Positions 28,482-39,268 of a stretch of DNA of 64,000 nucleotides are shown in pieces. The notes under the pieces are model-generated. The model made no database searches. It saw nothing but the letters and a program-made list of their open reading frames with translations, and was not told the origin of the DNA. Source of the DNA: Daphnia carinata (taxonomy: Eukaryota); assembly GCF_022539665.2 (NCBI RefSeq), contig NC_081331.1, forward strand, positions 4,154,001 through 4,218,000, in the 5' to 3' direction. The translations under genes and the position numbers were made by a program. How positions within the stretch are numbered: position 1 is the first letter of the stretch; each line of letters opens with the position of its first letter.

Positions 28482-29259
28482 AGTCAATGCGTAGCTGACG
28501 AAGATGCACGTGACAAGTCTTAGCAAACATTCTTCTGACAGTATTGGATCGAACAAACAAAGAAACAGTTTTGCAAATGCGTCATAATATTATCCTATAC
28601 ACTCTTTAAAAAAGTTACTCGCAATTTTTGGATTTTTGTCCCCCATATCCGTTCTTGTAATACAACACCGTTGACATAATGTATAGCGAACATGTAACAA
28701 GCTTTCAGCGGTTAAGGTATGTAGATGTAGACGAGCGATTCGGCGTCCGTTGCCGTTTAAGCTTTCCTTGCGAATAATCCCCTTAACTCCATAGCTGAAT
28801 TTCCCGGCTCGGCAGTTGTATTTAAGCGATACTACCATGAATTTTCACACAGACCGTCTACCAAATTTATTTTGTATAATTTAATAAAATCCCAAACCTA
28901 ACCTTCCAAATTCCATCAGTCAATGGCCAAAGTTTTCATCGATTGCTTATTTAAAACTCGAATGTAGTCTTACACCTTTTGAAGTCGAAAATAAGGAGCT
29001 TTTTTTATGAGATAACAAATGAAAATGTTTTAACAATTCCGCGCCAAAAGGGGTATCTCGGAAACTGGCAATGCTGCCGTTGGCTAAGCAAAACTGATGC
29101 TTGGCAACGTCTAGTCGTTCAAATTCTGCCTTTGTGTTTTTCATAAAAATCTCAACGTTCGTGTTAATAAAAAACTAAGGAAATTGCAGAAAATCGATAC
29201 TTGGTGTAAATTCCATTAAGCTCGCGACATAATAATTGTTAGCTTAAGCACGAATTACC

Positions 29260-30460
29260 ATGGGAAGGACCCGTCGTAAAGCGAGCTGTGAAAAGGAATA
29301 TGAGGACAATGCATCGTCATGCAGCACTCCGCCTGCCAAAGACAAGGAAAATTGTTCCCCTGCACCCATTAGAGAAAGATCATCGTTTGCCATCGCTCAA
29401 CAACAACAGATCATTACGTTACGGAAGGATTATGACCATAATGGTAAACAAAAAGAATTCTGTGTTCATCCTAGTGTGTGTACAACCACAATAAGTGCAA
29501 CATACATTTACATATGCCATTCTTTTTCCACAGTTGCAATGACCATAAAGGATATGCTTGCAAATAAACAAGTAATGATTGAAAATCTAACATTGCCATT
29601 CTATACTGCATTGATGAAGATGCCACAGAACATCAAGAAAATGAAATGGTCTGATTATTTGGTGAGAATATATACATTAAATATACATATGTATAACAGA
29701 TATTTCAAATTCGTTTTTGGTTTGCTAAATAATACAAATTTGGTAGAAACGGAAGGTAGATGCCAGTCAAGAAACTCTCAATGTATTGCCACTAAATGAC
29801 AATCCTTCACAAGAATCAGTTCCTGATCTTCACACTTTTGCAGTTCCAACAGGTGATACATGAAGATCTCACTGTAGCAACAATTGTGTTAATATTTCAT
29901 TAACTTTAGGACTATCTAAAATGGAAACCCCTGCATTACGATCCTCATCACGATTAGCAAAAAATAAAGTATTAATAATATTAAGCACTCAGTAACTTAA
30001 ATAAAAATTCTGATCATTACCCAGATTCCCATCATTACCCCTAAATTTGATCCATCCACTGGGGCTATCATTAACAAAAGGCTTCCAAAGCCAGGAGAGG
30101 TAAGGCTTTTATGAAATGCCTGCTTATTATTCTCATGCATATTTATCACATTTTAAATACTTCAGAAAAATTCAGTACTAATTTTGAGCGTTATTTAGGT
30201 GTTATTTTCCCTTAAGGGTAGCCCCGTTGCTACTAACACACATTCGACAAAGCTGTCTGCACGGGAATTGTCTAGCCTAGCCGCAACAGAAGATAAGGTA
30301 TAGATGAAAAAGTAACCGTCATTTGATAAATTACTAAATCGTAGGACTCTGATTCTTGTTTCAGGATCTAGTTGTTGCTTTCTTGAAGAATCCAGAAAAT
30401 TTCAACACGTTTAAAGCTTTTGAGAAAACATACAACAGTCGCAAGATGCGCAAAGAATGA
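29260..30460 (+). CDS. CDCA8: Borealin-like chromosomal passenger complex subunit (multi-exon)
   Basis: N-terminal helical region ending LMKMPQNIKKMKWSDYL; C-terminal ITPKFDP...RLPKPGE..FSLKGSPV motif typical of borealin; stop at 30458-30460. Confidence 0.75.
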
Positions 30461-31166
30461 AATGGAGATTTTTGTGTTCTTTCCATGCGGTCTTACCCGT
30501 CGATCAAACAGAATCCTTATGACCAATCGATCTTCGAAATCACACGTGTATAATCCCATATAATACAATTTAAAAATGTTCACACATATTATGTTTAGCT
30601 AACCAGACAGCATGAGATACAATGTTCCCTACAATCGCTTCATACTAATGACGCAGTGTATTCGGTGCGTTCTTTTTAGATTTTAGATAAATATTAAAAC
30701 AAAAATTGAGACATACAAGTGTCAGTAATTGTTACGGTCTTTTAACGTGCGAACCCCTGAGGAATAAAAAATGCTATGTTGTGTGCGATGAAAAGTGGTT
30801 ATAACTTAAAATTCCTGTGAAAAAAGAAGCGAATGGTACTGTAGAGAGCAGCGGAGGAAATTGTTTCTTTTATTTTTTACTCTTTTTTATCAAGAAATTG
30901 TGCACAGATTTATTAGCGAAGAATAACTGGTTGGTAACTGCGTGTCTTATCTTTGGAGTTGTGAATTTTGAAATATTTCACTAACATCAGCACCATCTGT
31001 TAGCACTTTAAAAATGTTTTCCAGTACACCTGACAACTAAGGGGAGTCAGTATTCCCTAGGGTCTACCATTCTCTCTATCCAACAGTAGGAGGTCATTGA
31101 GATCAGAAAACGCCTTTTCCTATCGGGGAAATGTTCATTCGCGTTTATTTCTCTGAGTGATACGAA

Positions 31167-31541
31167 ATGGACGTTGCTGAACGTCCCGTGATTAATTTTG
31201 CCATTAACGGACCATCAGAAATTGCGTTGAGTGAGGAGGCCATAGCAGCTCGCCAGAGAAAGCTTCAGGAAGCTAAGAAACATTTGGCCTCTATAAATGA
31301 AAAAATACTGGAACTACAAGTTATGTTGAGAAGATTGTCTAGAAAACCTCGTTTTCATAAACTTCAGTACGTTCTCAAACATCGTGTGGCTGTCTATTCA
31401 GGTAAAGTCTTATATTTTAGCTTTTACTTCTATTGTTCTAACAAATCTAAGGTTTTGCTTATATTTCTAGGTTTACGTTCGGTCTACCTTAAATATTGCT
31501 GTAATTTGCAAGAAGATCTAAATCAGTTTCAACAATACTAA
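31167..31541 (+). CDS. Small uncharacterised coiled-coil protein (~101 aa; in-frame 69-bp intron at 31402-31470)
   Basis: ATG in good context, heptad-like ARQRKLQEAKKHLASINEKILELQVMLRRL, GT..AG intron preserving frame. Confidence 0.6.
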   Translation: MDVAERPVINFAINGPSEIALSEEAIAARQRKLQEAKKHLASINEKILELQVMLRRLSRKPRFHKLQYVLKHRVAVYSGKVLYFSFYFYCSNKSKVLLIFLGLRSVYLKYCCNLQEDLNQFQQY

Positions 31542-31670
31542 CAATAAGAACATCATCGTCTCATCCACAACTTTTATAGGTAACCTGATGTTTGGTATTT
31601 TATATCAGTTCCTTGTTTAAAGTCCTCCTTTAACAGTTTTGAATCAAGAATTGTAAAAAACAAAAACAAA

Positions 31671-32078
31671 ATGGAAGTGGAAAGTGACAATGAGGAAACA
31701 GTGGAAGAACAGTACATTTTGGTAGAATTTGCTGGAAATACTGGAAGTGATGCATTAAACCAAGAAAATGTGTCCATCAAAGTTCTTGGAATGGAGACCG
31801 AAGAGCCTATTATTAAAATAGGAAATCAGCTTTATGAAGGAAAATATTATGACACTATTGGAACAGAACTTTTCTTTACTGAAGCTGAAGGTGAACCACC
31901 TTCTGATACCTTGTTTGATGCTAAATTAGAGAAAAAACTGGAATTTTACGGTAAAACGAACACAAAACTTGTTGTTAGCAGAGCATTTGCTAAGCCATTG
32001 GAAAAATCTAGAAATTCGGCTGACCTCCATTTGCCCAATCAAAGTGTGTCCAATTCGGATAAAATTAATGAAGTTTAG
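31671..32078 (+). CDS. GTF3C6: General transcription factor IIIC subunit 6-like
   Basis: Acidic N-term EEQYILVEFAG, then IKVLGMETEEPIIKIGNQLYEGKYYDTIGTELFF (TFIIIC_sub6 pattern). Confidence 0.88.
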   Translation: MEVESDNEETVEEQYILVEFAGNTGSDALNQENVSIKVLGMETEEPIIKIGNQLYEGKYYDTIGTELFFTEAEGEPPSDTLFDAKLEKKLEFYGKTNTKLVVSRAFAKPLEKSRNSADLHLPNQSVSNSDKINEV

Positions 32079-32585
32079 TAATATTCATCATCGTTCCAGT
32101 TTCATTGTTCATTTCTCCACGCCCTGTTTTGATCAGAAGTGTACCAAATTTGTAAGCGAATGTTAATGTGTGTTGGTGTGAGTTACTAAAATATAAAATG
32201 TCTGTGGTATCGGAGCAACATCTGGCCATCACAGGTTTGTTTTCCACAACGACGTTAAGAAACAGAAATTTTCTAATGCCGTTTCATTGGGGGAAGTCCG
32301 TTCCATTTAGAATTTTTTGGTACGACAAAAGAAAGAAAAGCGCTAGAAGCGTGACGCCCCTACGACGATACAAAGCAACCCGGTTCACCGACCTTATGTT
32401 CGCCTGGAGTCCCCAGTACTGCCCACTCGTATGGTTGCCCATCTCCTGACGCTGCATTCTCACATGTTAGTTACAATCGAGACTTCCAGCATGCTCGGAT
32501 GACGAATTGAAACTCGGAACTGGTCTTATCGAAAAACTTCAGATGCCCTGGTGAAATCTAAGTTCGTATACGGGCAGACGTTGCC

Positions 32586-33806
32586 ATGGAATCATTTCGC
32601 CGAAGAAGCAACTTCAGCCATCCGCTTCAGCGAGTCCTCGCCGTTCCCGTGGCATTCATTCTCGTCATGTGTTATTATTACCAAGATGCCATTACAGCGC
32701 AAAGTAAATCTGCAACACAGTTTGGGAAACAGGATGGACGGAATGCAACTGCCGATAGTGTGAAAACAATATTGATTTGGAATGCATACTCCCGTTTTGA
32801 GTTGGAAGTTTTTGGCGACGGATCTGATACTTTCGCTAGCCATAACTGTCCAATAAACAATTGTTTCATCACAAAGAATCGATCTTGGGCTGCCCTTCGT
32901 GATTTTGATGCCGTCATCTTTAATATGCCACCGCTTTCACTTTACAAATTTCCAGTGGATGGTTATAGACGACCCGACCAACGTTATATCTTCTTTTCCC
33001 AAGAACCACCGCCATACATCGGAGAAGAAGTTACCAAATTCAACCATATCTTTAATTGGACAATGTCATATGCAGCTCACTCGGACATTCGCTACCATTA
33101 CGGAGAAGTTATACCTTTACCATCTGCCCCGACAACTCATTCCAGTCGCACGGCATATATTAAATCTACTCGACACGGCGAGAATTTCGCAGAAGGCAAG
33201 ACGAAAATGGTAGCCTGGTTTGTTTCTCATTGCTACACTCAGAGTCGACGTGAAAAATACGTAAGCATTCTGCGTCAATACATCCCGGTCGACATCTATG
33301 GCGGTTGCTATTCACATCACTGTCCCATGAATGAAAGTGCCTTCTTGTCAACTGACCCTTGCTACGATATGCTCGATAGTAACTACAAGTTTTATCTTGC
33401 ATTCGAGAATTCTTTCTGCGTCGATTATGTTACGGAAAAATTTTTTGATATTCTCCAAAGAAGAATTATTCCTGTTGTGATGGGTGGCGCAAATTACTCT
33501 GCAATAGCACCTCCGCATTCGTATATCGACGCACTATTGTATAGTCCACGACAATTGGCAGACTATCTCAAATTATTGGCTTCGAATGATAAACTTTACA
33601 ACGAATATTTTTGGTGGAAACCTCATTTCAAGGTTGTAAGAAGATACCCACGGTTAGCCTCCAACGCGCTGTGTTCTTTATGCGAAAAGTTACATCTTAA
33701 CAAAACGCAGTCGGTCTATCACGATTTAGCAACGGGATGGAGTCACAAAACACAATGTAAAAGTCCGCGTTTTAAAGGTGTTCGAATTTTCTTTGGCATT
33801 TTTTGA
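32586..33806 (+). CDS. Alpha-1,3-fucosyltransferase C-like (GT10), intronless
   Basis: Type II membrane anchor, FNWTMSY, VAWFVSHC, alpha-1,3-FucT motif YKFYLAFENSFCVDYVTEKF, APPHSYID. Confidence 0.95.
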   Translation: MESFRRRSNFSHPLQRVLAVPVAFILVMCYYYQDAITAQSKSATQFGKQDGRNATADSVKTILIWNAYSRFELEVFGDGSDTFASHNCPINNCFITKNRSWAALRDFDAVIFNMPPLSLYKFPVDGYRRPDQRYIFFSQEPPPYIGEEVTKFNHIFNWTMSYAAHSDIRYHYGEVIPLPSAPTTHSSRTAYIKSTRHGENFAEGKTKMVAWFVSHCYTQSRREKYVSILRQYIPVDIYGGCYSHHCPMNESAFLSTDPCYDMLDSNYKFYLAFENSFCVDYVTEKFFDILQRRIIPVVMGGANYSAIAPPHSYIDALLYSPRQLADYLKLLASNDKLYNEYFWWKPHFKVVRRYPRLASNALCSLCEKLHLNKTQSVYHDLATGWSHKTQCKSPRFKGVRIFFGIF

Positions 33807-34186
33807 AATAACCTTGTGTTACACACTATGCCATGGAACACGTCAGTTAACTCATTTCGGAGCAAGCTCTGCAGGCAGTCGTGCACAGCGGTGATCATTT
33901 GTTACTTTCGTTTCCGTTACATCCTCTTCATCATTCTGGCTCCAGGTAGTCGACATTTAAATGATCGCTTTAAGAGCTAAGGGCTGTTCATGTGCCATGG
34001 GCTACAACAAATGGGGTTGTTGACCGTGAGCTTGTGTGGCGTGAAGTATTTGCTTGCAGGACTTCCATTCCTTTAAGGAGGTCCATGACGTCTGGACGTA
34101 GAATTTTACCGAAATTACGAAAACACGTGTTATGTTCTCTGTGTTTTACTCTGATCTTGCTATGTTTTATTCGTTTTTAAGACAAT

Positions 34187-35439
34187 ATGGAAATCTGTGG
34201 TAGACGTCGGACGATTCAAATATTTTTGGTGATTTTGGTAGTGTTATTTTGGCTGTTGGTTTTCCGTTTTGAACTATATACTCTGCATCTAATCCGGCGC
34301 ACCGGTGACTCAAGGATGGCTACCGATTCAAAAATATTTTCGTATCGTTCTTCCTGTGGTTGCTCTAAAAATTCTACCTCTTCCACACTAGACACGCAAA
34401 TACAAGTTAATTATCAATGGTGTAGCCCCGAATCTGTTCAGCGAGGGCCAAATCAAAGAATCGTCTCCTTTTCCGTGTTCGGAAAGGCTGACAAAAACGG
34501 GATGAGATATTTCAAATTCTTGCGGGAAAATGCTATTAAAATAAACCAATTTTTGCCAGGTAAGAATTTGAGTTGAAAATTATCAATATCACTTCATCCA
34601 TTACTAACTTACTTTTGATAGGATGGGTCATGAGGGTGCACCACAATATCGGTGTTGAAACGCCGGAGCACAAACTACTATGTGAAGCATATTGTTCCTA
34701 TTCATGGGTTGATCTTTGTGATGTTAGCAGCCTCTGGAGAAGGCTTTCAAAGCGTCGGAAGAACAAAAATTTCGATTTACGGCCAGTTACGGGGGAGCAA
34801 ATTTCCAATCTTAATAGACGACTATGGCGATTTTTGCCATTGTTGGATCCTCAGGCGCATACGGTGCTTACCAGAGATTCAGACGCTGTAATATCTCATC
34901 GAGAGGTAGCGGCAATTGAGCAGTGGCTGAATTCCAACTACACTTTTCACCTAATGAGAGATCATCAGGCTCATAAAACCCATATACTTGCTGGTTACGT
35001 ATGTCATAAAGTTATATTTAGTTTATAGCTGAACGTGTTTTATTTTTAGGGATGTTTGGCGTAAAAACTCACCAGCGACGAGATCTGGTCGAAGGATTGA
35101 CACGGGTCTTGGTAGTTTTCGGGAAAAACCAGAAATATGATACAGATCAAACGCTTCTTTCAAAAATCTTTTGGCCAACGGTTAAACACGATGTGGTAAA
35201 TTTAGTGTTTAGTGTTCAAATTTAGCAAAATTAGCAAAGTTTGTTTACGTTACCATCAGATGGCTCATGATAGTTACAATTGTATGGAAAACTCAAATGC
35301 ACTACCGACGTATCCTTTCCCAACACAAAGAGTGAACAACTCCTTTGTCTCAGATAACTTTGAAAGCCGCTGGATTGTCCCAGAAAAATGTCCAATTGCA
35401 TGTCGACCTACTGATCATCATGATTGGGAATATTGTTAA
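34187..35439 (+). CDS. Uncharacterised type II membrane protein with DxD-like motif (putative glycosyltransferase), 4 exons
   Basis: N-terminal TM; IVSFSVFG, PGWVMRVHH, WRFLPLLDP, RDSDA..SHRE, FHLMRDHQAH..ILAGMFG, DQTLL, PFPTQR, CPIACRP..HHDWEYC*; short GT-AG introns. Confidence 0.75.
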
Positions 35440-35885
35440 TTCTTGAAGAAACAACAGCATGAGGTAATGCTATTTTCCAAATATAGGTTTGGTTAGGTAT
35501 GCGTTTCATGGCAATCTACTGTATTAGATTTCATGTCTGTCAGTGCTGTTACAAGACTTCTGCCATGATGTCCTTGTACACCATGCTTCTGCTAGTCAAA
35601 TTTTCAACCATCATGCCGTTTTGACTGGACATGATCTTGGATACATCAAAATTAATTGGGGTTAATTTTGATTTTCACAGCTTTTTGAGTAGTTATGCTT
35701 CTTTGTCGTAATTGTACGGTCTAGTATACAACTTTGTTGAGGAAGAGAAAAAGCGTGAAATGCATCCTTAATATCCACGTTTGCGATCGAAATTCGCTTT
35801 GAATAAAACTGGCTGCTCTGCCCTCTATCTATGCAGACGCTTTTTTTCGTTTGTAACAAAATCGTTGAGGTAAACTTGTTAACGT

Positions 35886-36920
35886 ATGAAAATGTCTAGA
35901 CTGCTTACGGGAAAGTATTTAACATACTTTTCAACTAATAACGTCATTAGTCTATTTTCGCAACACAATTCCATACGTTTATTATCCAAAACATGGTAAA
36001 TGGATCAAATAAAAAATTAAGATGGGATGTAATAGCAATAGGTTATTTTAAAAATATTGTGCCTATCTATTGTACCAGCTCGTCGAAAAGTTCTGATGGC
36101 ACTCCACCGAAAGCATTCCCGAAGATCTACACCAAAACTGGTGATAGTGGTATGACATCAACATTCACAGGGGAAAGACGTGCTAAGGATGACAACATAT
36201 TTCAGGCATTAGGAGCAGTAGATGAGCTTGCATCCTTGCTAGGGTATGTATGACAGGGCTATATTTCATACCTCAAAATATGTTTCTACATTGAGTTTCC
36301 TACTTTAGTTTATCCAGGGAGTTTGGTTTAGATAACTCTCATCCCTACACTGATCATTTACAAAGAATTCAGTGTATCTTGCAAGATGTGAATGCATGTG
36401 TTGCAACACCATTTTCTTCAGCTCGAGAAGGACACCTTCTCAAAACAGAGTTTGATGCCAGGCATGTTGGAGAAGTAGAAGAGTGGATTGATTCTTATAC
36501 TGCCCACCTTCCTCCTTTAGAAAACTTTATATTGCCAGTAATTAAGGGAAATGTCTCTTCCATATTAAAAAGTTATTTTTAACCTAATTTAAAACTAGGG
36601 AGGAGGGAAAGCTAGTTCATCCCTTCATGTTGCTCGAACGGTTTGCCGAAGAGCCGAAAGAGCTGTTGTACCTCTAGTTCGGGAACAAGAAATAAACGCA
36701 GAAACACTGAAGTACCTGAACCGGTAAGATACAGTTGTACTAGGCTATTTTATGCTGAGCTTATTTGCAACCGTTCGCGGTCATAATTATGTTTCCCGTT
36801 CACTAACTCTGTTCACTTTATGCGTTCAGCTTATCTGATCTGCTATTTACCTTAGCAAGATTTGCCGCAAAAGTCGACAAAAGGCAGGAAACAGTTTATC
36901 TTCGACCTGGCAAAAAATGA
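35886..36920 (+). CDS. MMAB: Mitochondrial cob(I)alamin adenosyltransferase (5 exons)
   Basis: Transit-peptide-like N-term; [83 protein letters not shown]. Confidence 0.96.
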
Positions 36921-37295
36921 AGTGTAGGATGCCATAAGTTCATAACGTCGTCGTGAAATACACTCGCACGTTGTACTTGTATTACGCAAAAAAAAACGAA
37001 AACAAAAAAAAACAACAAGAAATTTTGTATTTGTGCAGGTAAAGTTAAACCAGAGATCGCAGAAGAATATCGACAGGAAATAGTATTTTTTTATTGTAAA
37101 ACTACTGTGCATAATGGTTCAAGCGTATTACCAGGCGAAACCCGTCAAATGTAACCCGGTATTCATGGCAGGCTGTCAACGTGGAACTCTGGTTTTCTGC
37201 TTTGCCATAGAAATAGGATACTTCGGTGAATTAAAGTGATACACATTAGAACATATGTGGGTTCCAAAGAGTTAAACACTTTGCTAGAAACGACT

Positions 37296-38732
37296 TCAAT
37301 CAAAATCAAATTCTTCTTCAATGTCGTTATCCGTATCGTTTGTAAAGTCGGAGAAATATCCATCAACATCCGGAGTGTCTTTCTTCTGGCAAGTATTCGT
37401 TATAATTGGTACTGCATGCTGCGAATTTCCAAGATGTTTCACAGTGTAATTTTCACTTTTTAGAACAGCGCATGGTTTATCGTCGAAGCCTTCAAATGTT
37501 GAACTTGCTACTCCTAACTTCTGCGTTTTCTGCATGGATGGCGCTTTTTGACCTTTCTTGGACATTTCATTTTGGCTGACGCCACTTTTAAGGTAGCTGT
37601 CTGTTGGCTTGATTTCGTTGTAAAACATTCTGATATCTTCTTTATTATCTCGCCAGGTTTGATGTGAATAGGTGGAAACTGCTTTGCATTTGGTTGATCC
37701 ATAAAACTGGTCGTTGAAGCTATTATCATTAGGTATCATTAAATCCTCACAGAGTCTTTTCATCAAAATCTCCTTGCCAATCTGAAAGTAGAATTGAAGA
37801 CAGTTAAATTGTCAAAAGAAACGAATATGCTACATTTTTACTGAAAACTTTTTTCTCGATTTTCGTATGTAGATGGCTATAATTTCCTTCATATTCCCGT
37901 TGGTGCAGAGGTTCCGCTGGAGAAGATCTGCCGTAATATCACACATCAACTGCATGTAACAATTCTCCTCTTCCCTATGAGGTAACAACATCTGATTCTG
38001 AAGAAAAATTCATTACTTAATAAGGAAGTTATTTTTACTGTGCTCGGAGCCATTTTTTAATGTCAAAGCCATCCATTTCCTGCGAACTGTCGCTGGTAGA
38101 GCTTGAAGAGTCCATAAATTGTTCATCTCCAAAAGCCGAATCTGCAGAGAGATTGCGCTCTGGGTCAACAGCAGCAACAGCCGCCTTAGTTTTTCGCGAT
38201 GTATTTACCAATTTGGTTGGGACATTTTCCATGCAATCCGATTTTGTTGCATTGCTTGTAGTAGAAAACGGGCGCATGGTTGTTGCAGTGTTAGGACGGA
38301 CTATTTTACGTACAATTCTAGGCGCGAAGTTCTTGGGTTGCGTGAAATACTGTGAATGTCGAATCATGACGTCGAGTGTCTCGTCCGAAATTTCTTTTTT
38401 CTTTTCCGAGACAGGAGCTGAAACGTTTAAACAAAATTCACTAGCCATTCGCGTCTCGATGTTCCGTAAAGACTCTTCAAAGCGTACATCATTGCTGGAT
38501 TTGGATAATCGAGTTCTTGAAATAGTAGATTGGCGAGTGTTGTTCAAATGTAGCTGGGACCGGGCCCCATTTAGCCGACGGTAATGATGGTTCATGTGAT
38601 CCTGTTCGATTAGCTTTCGTACGACCCATGTGCCATCTGAAATCAACGTTATGTTATCAAGAACAGAAGTAAAGAAATAATTTATATCAAAGAAATCTAT
38701 CTAAATACTGTACTTGATTTATTACGATGCAT
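37296..38732 (-). CDS. SPATA7: SPATA7-like ciliary protein (4 exons)
   Basis: LIEQDHMNHHYRRLNGARS, DVMIRHSQYFTQPKNFAPRIVRK and EEENCYMQLMCDITADLL resemble the three conserved SPATA7 blocks (recognised by eye); X-box upstream. Confidence 0.65.
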
Positions 38733-38777
38733 CGTAACACAAATAAGAGTAAACTATGTTTACAGTGCTCACGACAC

Positions 38778-38791
38778 GTTTCCCTAGCAAC
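38778..38791. promoter_or_regulatory. RFX X-box
   Basis: GTTTCC-CT-AGCAAC, 14-bp X-box-like imperfect palindrome 46 bp upstream of the SPATA7-like ATG. Confidence 0.65.
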
Positions 38792-39268
38792 CATCGATTA
38801 CATCGCAACCATATTTGTTTATAGTCTTGGAAAACCATTACAAACTCAATGCATGTCATACCGTTTGATTGACAGGTCTATGAAATGACGATGCTAAAGG
38901 TGGGGACTAATAATTTTCCCTCGGACAAGAACTATTTTGCGCAATAGTTAGAAACCCCTGGTAACAACGCTTTGTTGTGAGTTATCGGAAAGGTTGTTAG
39001 TAGACAATAAGATCCATAACTGTAGGAACGTTTCTAACGAAAAATTGCAGGGAACTTTTCACGCGGATGATAATGTCACAATGTCGGGAGTTTACCCGGA
39101 CAGACTTGAATTAGCTCTCCAATTGGTGTGTATGCTCCGGTATCGCTCTTTGCAACGAAACCCATTTGCGCCATCATTTAGTTGTGCATCTTATTTTTTA
39201 CGTTTGCCATTATTAACTTAATTTACCACGATACTGTAATTGCTATTTTCCGTCTTTTTTTTTGCGAA

